A stretch of 64,000 bases of DNA from Bacteroidaceae bacterium (GTDB taxonomy: Bacteria > Bacteroidota > Bacteroidia > Bacteroidales > Bacteroidaceae). Under the pieces are notes generated by a model that was not told the DNA's origin, searched no databases, and saw only the letters and a program-made list of their open reading frames with translations. The translations under genes were made by a program, and so were the position numbers. The stretch spans positions 705-64,704 of the forward strand of contig JAFTSK010000155.1 of NCBI GenBank assembly GCA_017467385.1, read 5' to 3'. Below are positions 38,011 through 49,046 of this stretch, in pieces (within the stretch, counting starts at the first letter, position 1; each line of letters starts with the position of its first letter).

Positions 38011-40013
38011 AAAACAGACGATGTAGAATGGGAAGAAAAGCATTATTATTAGGACTTTTGTTGCTGAATGTACTATTACTCTCGGCAAGGGATTATACGG
38101 TTATCAGTCCGAATGGTAATCTCCGTATGGTTATAGGAGTAAATGAAAAGGTAACTTATACGGTAGAGGCCGGCGATAAGACGTTGGTGGCTCCTTCTAC
38201 TATTGCTTTAGAACTGGAAGATGGAACAATGCTGGGTAATCAACCGGAAGTATTGAACGTTCGAAAAGACCATCAAGCGGAAACTTTTGTTGCCCCTCTT
38301 TATCGTCAAAGTACCTTTGAAAGTGAATACAATAGTCTTGTCCTAAAGATGAAGGGTAATTGGGGAATTGAAGTTCGTGCCTTCAATGACGGTGTTGCGT
38401 ACCGCCTTTTTACAACCTTCAAGAAAAGACTTGCTATCAAGAATGAAGTTGTTGAATTCAATTTTGAAAAGGATGTGCAAGTAACATTACCGTATGGCGA
38501 TCTCTTTAAGGATAAGTATGTGGCCAGCTTTGAGAAGCAATACGAAACAGAGCCGGTCTCACATTTCAAGAATCATGAAGGACGTCTTAGTTACATGCCT
38601 ATCATGGTGCATTATGATAACGAGGAAAAAGTGTTGTTGCTTGAATCGGATGTAGAGAATTATCCCGGTATGTTCATTAATTATAATACAAAGGAATTAG
38701 GCCTTGTAGGAGAGTTCCCACCTTATCCGTTAAAACACAAAGATACATCGAATGGAGTGTTGCGTGTGTCGGAACGGGCCCCTTATATTGCTTCGGTTGA
38801 AGGTAACCGTACCTATCCCTGGCGAATCATTGCTTATGCGGCCAACGAAAAAGAAGTACCCATAAATAATATGGTATATGCGCTTGCCTCTCCTTGTCGC
38901 ATAGAAGATACTTCGTGGATTAAACCTGGACGTTCTACATGGGATTGGTGGAATCATTGTTCCATTTATAACGTGGATTTTAAAGTGGGATTTAATAATG
39001 ATACCTATAAATATTATATAGATTTTGCTTCCGAGTACCATTTTGATTATGTGTTAATAGATGATGGTTGGTATTCCTATCATAATCGAAATGTGATGGA
39101 TGCCGATCCGGCACTTGATATTCCCATGCTTTGTGAGTATGCCAAGAGTAAGGACGTTCGTTTGATTTTATGGATGGTGGGCGATGCTTTTGACAAGCAA
39201 GCAGAGGAAGTATGTGCTTATTATTCAAAGTTGGGAATAGCTGGTTTTAAACTTGATTTCTTTGAACGTCAAGACCAACACTTGATAGAACGTACTTATA
39301 GCATGGCGGCTGTTGCTGCCAAGTATAACATGATGCTTAATCTGCATGGCGTTTATGTACCTAAAGGGTTGAACCGCACTTATCCTAACGTAGTAAACTT
39401 TGAAGCGGTATTTGGACTTGAACAGTTGAAGTGGACAGACAAGACAAAGGCAGATATGGCGCATAACGATTTGATGATACCTTTTATGCGACAGGTAGCC
39501 GGCCCGCTTGATTATACTCCCGGCGCAATGCTTAACCGCAAGCGTGATATGTTCCGTTCCATTGACCACCGACCGATGAGTCAAGGAACACGCGCCCATC
39601 AGGTAGCCACTTACATTATATTTGATATGCCGGTTTCGGTGCTTTGTGATTCGCCTACGAATTACATACGTGAAAGTGAAACCACACATTTTATTAATAG
39701 TATACCTGCGGTATTTGACAGTACTTTCGTTCATCAAAGTGAGTGGAATAAATACCTCGTTATGGGGCGTAAGAAAGGAAACGATTTCTATCTTGGCGCG
39801 TATAATGACTGGGATGAACGGACTGTTGAAGTTGACCTCTCTTTTCTTTCTGAAGGCGAGTACACAGCTCGAATCTATAAAGACGGACTTAATGTAGATC
39901 GGGTAGCCGAAGATTATAAGTTGATGGAACAGATAGTAACTTCCGCCGATAAGTTGACTCTGTTTATGGGTTCCGGTGGAGGCTTTGCTATAATATTCAC
40001 TAAAAATAAATAA
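38007..40013 (+). CDS. GH97 glycoside hydrolase (retaining alpha-galactosidase type likely)
   Basis: RAFNDGVAYR, SWIKPG..WDWWN, IDDGW, GFKLDFF, GPLDYTPG. Confidence 0.93.
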   Translation: MKNRRCRMGRKALLLGLLLLNVLLLSARDYTVISPNGNLRMVIGVNEKVTYTVEAGDKTLVAPSTIALELEDGTMLGNQPEVLNVRKDHQAETFVAPLYRQSTFESEYNSLVLKMKGNWGIEVRAFNDGVAYRLFTTFKKRLAIKNEVVEFNFEKDVQVTLPYGDLFKDKYVASFEKQYETEPVSHFKNHEGRLSYMPIMVHYDNEEKVLLLESDVENYPGMFINYNTKELGLVGEFPPYPLKHKDTSNGVLRVSERAPYIASVEGNRTYPWRIIAYAANEKEVPINNMVYALASPCRIEDTSWIKPGRSTWDWWNHCSIYNVDFKVGFNNDTYKYYIDFASEYHFDYVLIDDGWYSYHNRNVMDADPALDIPMLCEYAKSKDVRLILWMVGDAFDKQAEEVCAYYSKLGIAGFKLDFFERQDQHLIERTYSMAAVAAKYNMMLNLHGVYVPKGLNRTYPNVVNFEAVFGLEQLKWTDKTKADMAHNDLMIPFMRQVAGPLDYTPGAMLNRKRDMFRSIDHRPMSQGTRAHQVATYIIFDMPVSVLCDSPTNYIRESETTHFINSIPAVFDSTFVHQSEWNKYLVMGRKKGNDFYLGAYNDWDERTVEVDLSFLSEGEYTARIYKDGLNVDRVAEDYKLMEQIVTSADKLTLFMGSGGGFAIIFTKNK

Positions 40014-40020
40014 GGTTGAT

Positions 40021-40776
40021 ATGATACGTAAGATTCTTTCATTTCTGATGATGGTTCTTTTCTCGGTTTTGTATGTACAGGCCGGGAATTATGGAAAAGA
40101 TTTTGCCATTATTTATATTGGCAACAGTATAACGTTTGGTGCCATGCACGAACAACGTGATATGACGGCTCCTCCTGTATATACTTCTCAGATGCTTGAA
40201 AAGAAGTTGAAAGCGAATGTGGTATGGCGTAATTGTGGATGGAGTGGGGCGACAACTTACGACTTTCTTCCTTCGGCTAAACGCTATTTCCCTCGTGTGG
40301 AAAAAGCTATTAAAGAAGTACAAGCAGCAACTTCTGCTCCTATTGTTTTTTCCATCATGTTAGGAACCAATGATAGTGCATGTACCGGTCCTACCGGTTG
40401 TCCTGTATCCAATGAGAATTACAAGAAGAATCTTATCACAATTATGGAAGCACTGAAGGAACTTGCTCCTGGTGCAAAGTTTGTTTTCCAACGTCCGATA
40501 TGGTATAGCCCTAATACTTATAACGGCGCTATGTACCTTTTGAAAGGCTTGAACCGTTTGATAGGCTATGCTCCCGTACTTGAAGAACTTGCTAATGAAC
40601 GTGAAGATGCTATGATGGGAGATGTGGACGCTTATGAATTCTTTGAAAAGAATTATGAGAAATATTGCTATCCGGAAGATGGAAATGCAGGTGTCTTTTA
40701 TTTGCATCCTACTCCAAAAGGTGCCAAGCAATTGGCTAAGTTCTGGGCAAAGGGTATCTTGAAAGCTCTTGAATGA
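40021..40776 (+). CDS. GDSL/SGNH esterase
   Basis: IGNSIT, NCGWSGAT, MLGTNDS, LHP. Confidence 0.88.
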   Translation: MIRKILSFLMMVLFSVLYVQAGNYGKDFAIIYIGNSITFGAMHEQRDMTAPPVYTSQMLEKKLKANVVWRNCGWSGATTYDFLPSAKRYFPRVEKAIKEVQAATSAPIVFSIMLGTNDSACTGPTGCPVSNENYKKNLITIMEALKELAPGAKFVFQRPIWYSPNTYNGAMYLLKGLNRLIGYAPVLEELANEREDAMMGDVDAYEFFEKNYEKYCYPEDGNAGVFYLHPTPKGAKQLAKFWAKGILKALE

Positions 40777-40818
40777 AAGTGTAATGATAGAAATCTTTGA
40801 ACTTTAAATAAACTAATT

Positions 40819-42309
40819 ATGAGGACATTTATTATAGGATTATTGTTGACAATGGGTTGTTTGTCATTTAATACTGTACATGCTACAGTGAAATTGCCGG
40901 CAATTTTGACAGACAACATGGTACTTCAGCGAAATAGTGAAGTAAATTTATGGGGTACGGCTCAGCCTAACCATGCGGTAACGGTAGTTACTTCATGGAA
41001 CGATAAGAAATATAAAACTCAAAGTGATGCAGAGGGAAAGTGGAGCCTTAAAGTCTCTACGGATGAGGCTGGTGGCCCTTATGAAATAGAATTTTCCGAT
41101 GGTGAAAAGAAGGTCTTGAAAGGTGTTTTGCTTGGTGAAGTCTGGGTTTGTGGTGGCCAGTCTAATATGGAAATGCCCATTAAAGGATTTGTGGCTCAAC
41201 CGGTACAAGGAGCTGCTGAAGCAATTAGAGAAAGTTATGCCCATCCGGATATTCGTATCTTTAATGTCGGCCGGAATCGTATCGAAGAATTGCAAGACGA
41301 TTGTAAAGGCGAATGGAAATTGCCTACTCCGCAAAACGTCGCAGATTGTAGCGCGGCAGCCTATTTCTTCGGTCGTATGCTTACTGACATCTTAGGTGTT
41401 CCGGTTGGTCTTGTTACTTCGTATTGGGGCGGAACGAATGCAGAAGTTTGGATGACGCGTGAAGCCATACAGTCTACGAAAGGAATTGATATGGAACATG
41501 CGTTGCAACCGGACGAGAATGGTTTTGCTCCTCAAAGCATGTATAATGGAATGATACACCCTATTACTCCGTTTACTGCAAAAGGATTTATTTGGTATCA
41601 AGGTGAATCTAATCGCGACAGAGCCTTTGACTATGGTAAATTGTTTGTCTCTCTCATCCAATCTTGGCGTAAAGCTTGGGGAAATGATGCTATGCCATTT
41701 CTATGTACGCAGCTTGTTCAGTATCGTTACGACGGTATGGAATACCTTTCTTTACCGGTAGTAATAGAAGGGCAATATTATGCGGCAAAGACTTTGAATG
41801 ATGTATATGTGGCACCTACAACCGACCTCTCTTTCCCTTCTATTATACATCCTCCTTTTAAGCGTGAAGTGGGAGAACGATTGGCAGGAATCGCGCTGGA
41901 AAAGACGTATGGCATTACTGGTTTTGCTTCGGAATCTCCTAAGTATGCAGGGATGGAAATTGATGGCTCTAAAGTAACCTTACGTTTTGAAGGAATGGCC
42001 GACAATGCAGAATTTGATGCTGTAGGAAACAATTTCTCTTGGGTAGACAAGAACATGAAAGTGATTTCGGTGAAAGGTTTTGAGGTAGCTGGAGAGAATC
42101 GAAAATTTTATCCGGCGAAAGCACGTCTCTCTTGGCCGGTTTCCGACCGTATCACTGTGGAATCTGATTCGGTCAAGACTCCGGTTGCAGTACGTTATGC
42201 TTTCCGCAATGTCATTGAAGCCAATGTAATGACAGGAATGGGTACTCCACTTGCTCCGTTCCGAACAGATACTTGGGAAATACCTGAACATGAATTATTC
42301 AAAAAGTAA
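40819..42309 (+). CDS. Sialate O-acetylesterase family (SASA) protein
   Basis: DNMVLQR, GEVWVCGGQSNME, IWYQGESN, IHPPFK. Confidence 0.92.
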   Translation: MRTFIIGLLLTMGCLSFNTVHATVKLPAILTDNMVLQRNSEVNLWGTAQPNHAVTVVTSWNDKKYKTQSDAEGKWSLKVSTDEAGGPYEIEFSDGEKKVLKGVLLGEVWVCGGQSNMEMPIKGFVAQPVQGAAEAIRESYAHPDIRIFNVGRNRIEELQDDCKGEWKLPTPQNVADCSAAAYFFGRMLTDILGVPVGLVTSYWGGTNAEVWMTREAIQSTKGIDMEHALQPDENGFAPQSMYNGMIHPITPFTAKGFIWYQGESNRDRAFDYGKLFVSLIQSWRKAWGNDAMPFLCTQLVQYRYDGMEYLSLPVVIEGQYYAAKTLNDVYVAPTTDLSFPSIIHPPFKREVGERLAGIALEKTYGITGFASESPKYAGMEIDGSKVTLRFEGMADNAEFDAVGNNFSWVDKNMKVISVKGFEVAGENRKFYPAKARLSWPVSDRITVESDSVKTPVAVRYAFRNVIEANVMTGMGTPLAPFRTDTWEIPEHELFKK

Positions 42310-42319
42310 TATCTGATAT

Positions 42320-43597
42320 ATGAGAACTGTATTGTCATTATTGCTCGTGTGGTGTGCATTTCAAGTGGGTACAGCACAGGAAACAACCATTTATCAGTGT
42401 GATTTCAATAAGTCAGCTGATAGTAAGAAGTGGGTAAAGGATACAACTTCTGTTGGCAAGGTTACTTTCCTTCGTCAAGGGGTTGATGGCTCCCGTTGCC
42501 TGTTTGTAGAAAACAAGAAGAAAGCGACTAAAGGTGCTACTTATATGATGGAAGGACTTGTTCCCGGGGATATTTACAGATTCAGTGCGATGGTAAAAAC
42601 CGAGAACGTAAAAGAAGGTCGTGGTGCTGTATTGTCTATCGTTCCTTCTACCGTAGAAGACCAAATCTGGAACGCCTCATCGTTCCTTTATGATACGAAT
42701 GATTGGACCGAAGTGTATGTTGATGTGGAAGCACCGGAAAGCGGAATCGTTGGCTTGTATTGCTCATTGGGTGGACTGGAAGGTACTTATAACGGTGGAT
42801 TGGCTACCGGTAAGGCTTGGTTTGATAATATAAAGGTAGAGAATGTAACCAAACAACTATACATTCAGGAAGGTAAATACATAAGATTTGTTCTTCCTCA
42901 TGAAATGGTTACTATCTCCAAAGAAAAGATGGCTGAACTGTTATCACATTGGGATGATGTATATGAAGCCTATAAGGATTTGGTTGGCAATATTCCTTAT
43001 AACGGCCGGAAAATCACGATTATGACCACTCCGGGTATTGAAAAAGGCTATTGGGCTTTGGCTGGCAATCCTATCTTGTGGAACAGTAATGTAAGAAATC
43101 AGGCACAGCTTGAACGTTTTGCTGAACAGGGAGACTGGTGTTTCGGATTGATGCATGAAATAGCGCATGTTTTTAATGTAGATTGTACCGATTGGGATTG
43201 GAACGATGAGATTTTCGCTAATTTCAGAATGTCTTATGCGTTGGAAAAACTGCAAGGGGCCATGACACAGAACAAAACTTTGTATGTGGGAGAGAACTCC
43301 TCTTATTACAAGTTGGCTTATGACAAGTCCATTGGTGCAGGAAAGGCAGAAAACAATGGAGATGCCATTCAATACACTTTAATGCGTATTAAATCGGAAT
43401 ATGGCTGGATTATATATAAAAAAGCTTTCAGGGAGTTACGTATGATGAAGTCTGATGACTTTGCCAATATGACTACTCCCTGGCAGAAGCTTAAGTTCTT
43501 TTGGTCAGTTCTTTCCAAACATGCAGGGGAAGATGTTGAAAAGACCTGCTATACACCTGAAGAACTCCGGTTATTGGAAAAGGCTTTGAATAATTAA
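42320..43597 (+). CDS. CBM4/9-like domain plus HEXXH metallopeptidase (M60-like gluzincin)
   Basis: YRFSAMVKTENV...AWFDNI jelly-roll signature; GLMHEIAH...WNDEIFAN. Confidence 0.7.
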   Translation: MRTVLSLLLVWCAFQVGTAQETTIYQCDFNKSADSKKWVKDTTSVGKVTFLRQGVDGSRCLFVENKKKATKGATYMMEGLVPGDIYRFSAMVKTENVKEGRGAVLSIVPSTVEDQIWNASSFLYDTNDWTEVYVDVEAPESGIVGLYCSLGGLEGTYNGGLATGKAWFDNIKVENVTKQLYIQEGKYIRFVLPHEMVTISKEKMAELLSHWDDVYEAYKDLVGNIPYNGRKITIMTTPGIEKGYWALAGNPILWNSNVRNQAQLERFAEQGDWCFGLMHEIAHVFNVDCTDWDWNDEIFANFRMSYALEKLQGAMTQNKTLYVGENSSYYKLAYDKSIGAGKAENNGDAIQYTLMRIKSEYGWIIYKKAFRELRMMKSDDFANMTTPWQKLKFFWSVLSKHAGEDVEKTCYTPEELRLLEKALNN

Positions 43598-43609
43598 ATC
43601 TAATAAATA

Positions 43610-45649
43610 ATGATGAAAAGACTGTTTGTATTATGTTTATCGTGCATCTTGTTTGCTAATCTTTCGGCACAAGTGCATTGGAAATTGTCTGAAAAGTCAA
43701 ATGGTATATTATTGGACTTGCCTCAATTGGATGAGGCTTATTCAGACCATATTGAAATGAGTGGGGAACAGATGGCTTTCGTCTTGCGTTGGAATGTAAC
43801 GGAAGATAAGGCTTTTACTGCCGAACGTTCATTGGTATTCCCAATGCTTCGTACTATCCCTAATAACACTCATGCAAGTTTGTTGCATCGAATAAAGACG
43901 GATATTCCTTCTTTATTGAGTGTGAATGGCTTGAATCTGCAACGTGAAGAAGTGGTGGACTTGGAGATTGATGGTTGCTTACGGGTTGTTAGTAATTTTT
44001 CAATAGGTAAATCAAATATCGGGTTAGGGGCCGGTAAGGTTATGTTGCCGACTCTTCAAATGGAACGTATCATTTATCCTTCTCCAACAAAGCCACTTAT
44101 GTGTGAACTATATACGTTGAAAAATATCAGCCAAAAACCGATTACGGTGTTTGTTCCTGAGTTTTCGCAAAGTCATACTACACGTCCGGAGAAAGGAGTG
44201 GATGGTGCATACATCATTCGCGCAGAAATTTTGAATCCTACTACTCAGGTGTTACAGCCGGGAGAAACATTGGGTTTTAGTGCAGTATTCCAAGCCTATC
44301 GTTCTACCGAAAAGGCCGTTGTAGTCAATCCGATTGACGAGTGGAATGGCCGTCGTGATTTCTTGAATATGATAGATGAAAACTTGGTGTTGGAAACTCC
44401 GGACGCTGTTGTTAATCGTGAATTTCGTTTTGCCAAAATAAGGGCTTCTGAAAGTATCTTTAAAACAAAAGGTGGATATATGCATGCACCGGGTGGGGAA
44501 TCTTATTATGCAGCGATTTGGGCCAATGACCAAGCAGAGTATGTAAATCCTTTCTTCCCGTTCTTGGGTTATGAAACCGGTAATGAATCGGCGCTTAACT
44601 CATTTAAGATGTTTGCTCGCTTCATGAACGATGAATATAAACCTATTCCAAGTTCCATTATAGCAGAAGGTACTGACATTTGGAACGGTGCCGGTGATAG
44701 AGGAGATGCGGCAATGATTGCTTACGGAGCTTCTCGGTATGTATTGGCTAAAGGAGACAAGCAAGCCGCTGAAGAACTATGGCCGTTGATTGAATGGTGT
44801 CTGGAATACTGTAAGAGAAGACTGAATCCGGAAGGTGTGGTTTTATCGGACACCGATGAGCTGGAAGGACGTTTCCCGGCCGGTGAAGCCAATCTATGTA
44901 CTTCTTCTTTGTATTATGATGCGTTGTTGTCGGCTTCTTATATCTGCAAGGAATTAGGAAAGGGTAGCGCTTTGTCGGCCTCTTACCAACGTCAGGCCAA
45001 GACTTTAGCGGCTAATATTGATAAGTATTTTGCTGCAGAAATGTGCGGTTTTGATACGTACCGTTATTATAAAGGCAATACCAAATTACGTTCTTGGATA
45101 TGTATGCCGTTGATTGTAGACATCTTTGATCGGGCTTCCGGTACGATTGAAGCCCTGACTTCTCCCCATTTGTTGATGAATGATGGTTTATTGACAGAAC
45201 AGGGTAGCGCTACTTTCTGGGACCGTTCTACATTGTATGCTTTAAGAGGAATCTTTAGAGCCGGTAAATCGGATGTAGCTTATGATTTCTTGAAGCAGTA
45301 TTCCGAACGTCGTTTGTTGGGTGAACATGTTCCATATCCTATCGAAGCTTATCCGGAAGGTTCACAAAGACATCTTTCCGCAGAAAGCGGTTTGTATTGT
45401 AGGGTAATAACAGAAGGATTGTTTGGTATTCGTCCGGCAGGTTTTTCTTCTTTTAAGTTGACTCCACACTTCCCAAAGGCATGGAATAATATGGCTTTGC
45501 GTAACGTCAGAGCTTTCGGTTCCAATTTTGACATTGTCTTGACTCGTATCTTCGGCAAGAAAGTAAAAATGGAAATACTTTTATTGGAAAAGAATAAAAA
45601 GATTACGCGTGTGTTTAATGAAGGTGAAACTTTAAATATCAGATTATAG
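43610..45649 (+). CDS. Six-hairpin (alpha/alpha)6 glycosidase-like protein
   Basis: YYAAIWANDQAE, ELWPLIEWCLEY, DELEGR, EGLFGIRP. Confidence 0.75.
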   Translation: MMKRLFVLCLSCILFANLSAQVHWKLSEKSNGILLDLPQLDEAYSDHIEMSGEQMAFVLRWNVTEDKAFTAERSLVFPMLRTIPNNTHASLLHRIKTDIPSLLSVNGLNLQREEVVDLEIDGCLRVVSNFSIGKSNIGLGAGKVMLPTLQMERIIYPSPTKPLMCELYTLKNISQKPITVFVPEFSQSHTTRPEKGVDGAYIIRAEILNPTTQVLQPGETLGFSAVFQAYRSTEKAVVVNPIDEWNGRRDFLNMIDENLVLETPDAVVNREFRFAKIRASESIFKTKGGYMHAPGGESYYAAIWANDQAEYVNPFFPFLGYETGNESALNSFKMFARFMNDEYKPIPSSIIAEGTDIWNGAGDRGDAAMIAYGASRYVLAKGDKQAAEELWPLIEWCLEYCKRRLNPEGVVLSDTDELEGRFPAGEANLCTSSLYYDALLSASYICKELGKGSALSASYQRQAKTLAANIDKYFAAEMCGFDTYRYYKGNTKLRSWICMPLIVDIFDRASGTIEALTSPHLLMNDGLLTEQGSATFWDRSTLYALRGIFRAGKSDVAYDFLKQYSERRLLGEHVPYPIEAYPEGSQRHLSAESGLYCRVITEGLFGIRPAGFSSFKLTPHFPKAWNNMALRNVRAFGSNFDIVLTRIFGKKVKMEILLLEKNKKITRVFNEGETLNIRL

Positions 45650-45768
45650 CATGAAAAACAGTTGAAGGAAAAACTATTATTGTATGGGCAAAGTGCTTGA
45701 TACAATAAGGATTGGAAATCTATATTACAATCTACTATAAAAACATTATTAATTAAAATCTTAAACTT

Positions 45769-48700
45769 ATGAAAGTAACACATTTGAAATTCTTATTTCT
45801 AATGATTGCTGTGTTTGTCTGTGGTACGATTACCGCACAAACAAGAGTGAAAGGTACAGTTGTGGATGAAGAGGGTGTCCCCGTAGTAGGAGCAACTGTC
45901 ATGGCAACACCGTCTAAAGTGGGTACAATTACCGACATGGATGGTAAGTTTGAATTGTCTACCAAAGCTGGAGACAAAACATTGAGCATTACCTTTATTG
46001 GTTACGCTGATGAAGTAGTGAAGATTCAGCCGAATGTGCATGTCGTTTTGAAAACCGATGTGAACGAAATGGATGAAGTCATTGTAGTAGCTTACGGCTC
46101 TGCAAAGAAATCTTCATTTACCGGTTCAGCTTCAGTTGTAAAGTCTGATAAGTTGGAAAAGTTCTCTGGTACAGGTTTTACAGATGCTTTGCAAGGTATG
46201 ACAGCCGGTGTAAACGTAACAGCAGATGCCAGCAATCCGGGTGCAGAAGCACGTATCGCTATTCGTGGTGTAACCAACATGGCTGGTAATACAACTCCGC
46301 TTTATGTAGTGGATGGCGTTCCATACGATGGCTCTTTGAACTCCATCAACCCGAACGACATCGAAACATTGACTGTATTGAAAGATGCTGCAGCAGCTTC
46401 TTTGTATGGTTCTCGTGCTGCTAATGGTGTTGTTATCATCACAACCAAGACTGGTAAGAGTGGTAAGACAAAGGTTAGCTTCAACGCTACATGGGGTACT
46501 TCTGATAATGCAGTAGGTTATTTGGATAAGGCAGATCCGAAACAAACTTTGTTGTTGTTCTGGGAAGGTCTTTACAATGACAAGTATTATTTTGATGGAG
46601 GAACAAAGCAGGAAGCTATTGATTATGCTACTTCATCTTTGTTGGGTACTTTGTTCTCAAAGAAGGTTACTAACTCACAAGGACAGCAAATCTATATCTC
46701 TCCGTTCAAGCATATTGATGAAGATTGGGTAATGGCTGACGCTAATGGTAATCCATACATCAATCCGAATTTACAATACGTTTGGGATGAAGATGATTGG
46801 GATTGGTATGGTTCTTACTATGATCGCAAACTTCGTCAGAATTATAGTGTAGATATTTCTGGTGCATCAAAGGACGGTAGGACTAACTACTTTACTTCTA
46901 TTGGTATGCTTGACGATAAGGGTTACGGTGGTAATGACTACTATAAACGTTATTCATTCAATGCCAATGTAAACTCTGAAATCAATAAATGGTTAAGCAT
47001 GGGTGGTGGTGTAAGATATGCTTACTATCGTCAGAATACAGGTGGTAACACACGTGCTTTGAACTACAATAACTCTTTGTCTTCTCCGTATTTGAGAAAT
47101 ACTGACAATACAGACTGGGTTAGAGCCGAAAATACCGGTGATAGAGTTTATCAATATGGTGCTTATACTTCTGGTTTCTTTGGCGTGTCTCCATTTGGCT
47201 CATTGGGCGACTATTGGGATAACCCTAACAATGAAAGCTTTAGCAATTCAGACGGTACTAATATTAATGCACGTTTCTATGCAGAAATAAAGCTTCCGTT
47301 TAACATCAAGTTTAAATCAACTATTAACTTGGATGATAACACTTCTCGTAGCTATGGCTATGGTTCTGCTGTATGGGGTTCTGAACAACAAGCTCCTTAT
47401 GGTATTACTATTAAGAGTGGCGGTGGTAACGCATCTCGTTCTACTTATCAGGTAAAGTCTGTAACTAACAGCAATATGTTGACTTGGGATTACTCATTTG
47501 GTAAGCACAATGTGAATTTGCTGGCAGGTATGGAAGCTTATTCTTACAGAACTGAATATACTTACGGCTATGGTGAAGGTATCTATCAGTTAGGACAATT
47601 CCAGGTGGCTTCTGCTTCTGACTATCATTATGCTTCTTCTACCAGTGATGAATACGCATTGCTTTCATGGATTGGTAAGGCTGACTATAATTACGATAAC
47701 AAGTATTATTTGTCTGCTTCTTTCCGTCGTGATGGTTCTTCACGTTTCTCTCCTGAAAACCGTTGGGGTAACTTCTGGTCTGTTGGTGGATCATGGAGAA
47801 TCTCAAAGGAAGCTTTCATGGAGGATGTAGAATGGGTAAACAACTTGACATTGCGTACTTCATACGGTACTACCGGTAATGACCGTTTGATTCCACGTCA
47901 ATCTAATGGTAGAGGAGGTTCTGAAGCTTTGTATGCTTATCAAGGTACTTATTCAGATGATAACTTGTGGGCTCAGGCTGGTTTGAGACCTAATACACTT
48001 GCTACTCCGGATTTGAAGTGGGAAGAAAACGAACAATGGAACGTTGGCGTAGATTTCAGCTTGTTTGATATTTTCTCAGGTACAATGGAATACTACGTTC
48101 GTAAGTCTAATGGTTTGCTTTACTACTATGAATTGCCGTTGTCTGCTCATGTAGGTAATGTATCTGGTAAGAACACTAACTTAGGTGATATCAAGAATAG
48201 CGGTTTTGAATTTACATTGGGCGCACAAATCTTCAATACAAGAGATTTCCAATGGAGAGTAGATGCCAATATTTCTACCTTGAAGAATGAAGTAACTTAC
48301 TTGCCGAATAAGGTAGGCTTCTGGCAAAACGTTATCGCTACATATAAGTTGGAAGAAGGCAGCTCATTGTATGACTTCTGGGCACCAAGATTTGCTGGTA
48401 TTGATTCAGAAACAGGTTATCCATTGTATTATAAGGCAGATGGAACAACTGTAAACAAGACTTCTATGTTGGATAGAGATACAGATTATGAAAAGATCGG
48501 TTCTGCTTTGCCAAGTGCATACGGTTCTATCACAAATACTCTGTCATATAAGGGCTTTGACTTCTCTATGATGTGGTACTATTCTTTGGGTGGCTATATT
48601 TATTGCTACAACCGTTCTGAATTAGGCGCACATGTTCGTAAAGGTGTGAGTCCTGCTTGGGATTTGGTTAAGGATAGATGGACTGGTCCTGGTGATACAA

Positions 48701-49029
48701 ATGCTCAAACTCCGATGATCGCTTTGAATAATCGTAGTACAGTAACTGTAGGTTATAGTGATTACTATGTCTTGGATAATGACTACTTGCGTTTGCGTAA
48801 CCTTACTATCGGTTATACATTGCCAAATTCATTGACTAAGAAGTTGAACATTGAAAAATTGAGAGTGTATGTCTCTGGTGATAACTTGTTGACATTCTGC
48901 GAAGCTAAGAAGTATGGTACAGACCCTGAAACCGGTATTTCTGGTAATACTTATAACGGTAACTCTGATAGTGAAGGTTATAGCGGTGGTCGTCGTATTT
49001 ATACTGTAGGTCTTAATTTGACATTCTAA
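45769..49029 (+). CDS. SusC/RagA TonB-dependent transporter
   Basis: PLYVVDGVP, LKDAAAASLYGSRAANGVVIITTK, RRDGSSRF; C-terminal F. Confidence 0.97.
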   Translation: MKVTHLKFLFLMIAVFVCGTITAQTRVKGTVVDEEGVPVVGATVMATPSKVGTITDMDGKFELSTKAGDKTLSITFIGYADEVVKIQPNVHVVLKTDVNEMDEVIVVAYGSAKKSSFTGSASVVKSDKLEKFSGTGFTDALQGMTAGVNVTADASNPGAEARIAIRGVTNMAGNTTPLYVVDGVPYDGSLNSINPNDIETLTVLKDAAAASLYGSRAANGVVIITTKTGKSGKTKVSFNATWGTSDNAVGYLDKADPKQTLLLFWEGLYNDKYYFDGGTKQEAIDYATSSLLGTLFSKKVTNSQGQQIYISPFKHIDEDWVMADANGNPYINPNLQYVWDEDDWDWYGSYYDRKLRQNYSVDISGASKDGRTNYFTSIGMLDDKGYGGNDYYKRYSFNANVNSEINKWLSMGGGVRYAYYRQNTGGNTRALNYNNSLSSPYLRNTDNTDWVRAENTGDRVYQYGAYTSGFFGVSPFGSLGDYWDNPNNESFSNSDGTNINARFYAEIKLPFNIKFKSTINLDDNTSRSYGYGSAVWGSEQQAPYGITIKSGGGNASRSTYQVKSVTNSNMLTWDYSFGKHNVNLLAGMEAYSYRTEYTYGYGEGIYQLGQFQVASASDYHYASSTSDEYALLSWIGKADYNYDNKYYLSASFRRDGSSRFSPENRWGNFWSVGGSWRISKEAFMEDVEWVNNLTLRTSYGTTGNDRLIPRQSNGRGGSEALYAYQGTYSDDNLWAQAGLRPNTLATPDLKWEENEQWNVGVDFSLFDIFSGTMEYYVRKSNGLLYYYELPLSAHVGNVSGKNTNLGDIKNSGFEFTLGAQIFNTRDFQWRVDANISTLKNEVTYLPNKVGFWQNVIATYKLEEGSSLYDFWAPRFAGIDSETGYPLYYKADGTTVNKTSMLDRDTDYEKIGSALPSAYGSITNTLSYKGFDFSMMWYYSLGGYIYCYNRSELGAHVRKGVSPAWDLVKDRWTGPGDTNAQTPMIALNNRSTVTVGYSDYYVLDNDYLRLRNLTIGYTLPNSLTKKLNIEKLRVYVSGDNLLTFCEAKKYGTDPETGISGNTYNGNSDSEGYSGGRRIYTVGLNLTF

Positions 49030-49046
49030 CTTTAATCGAAACGAAT

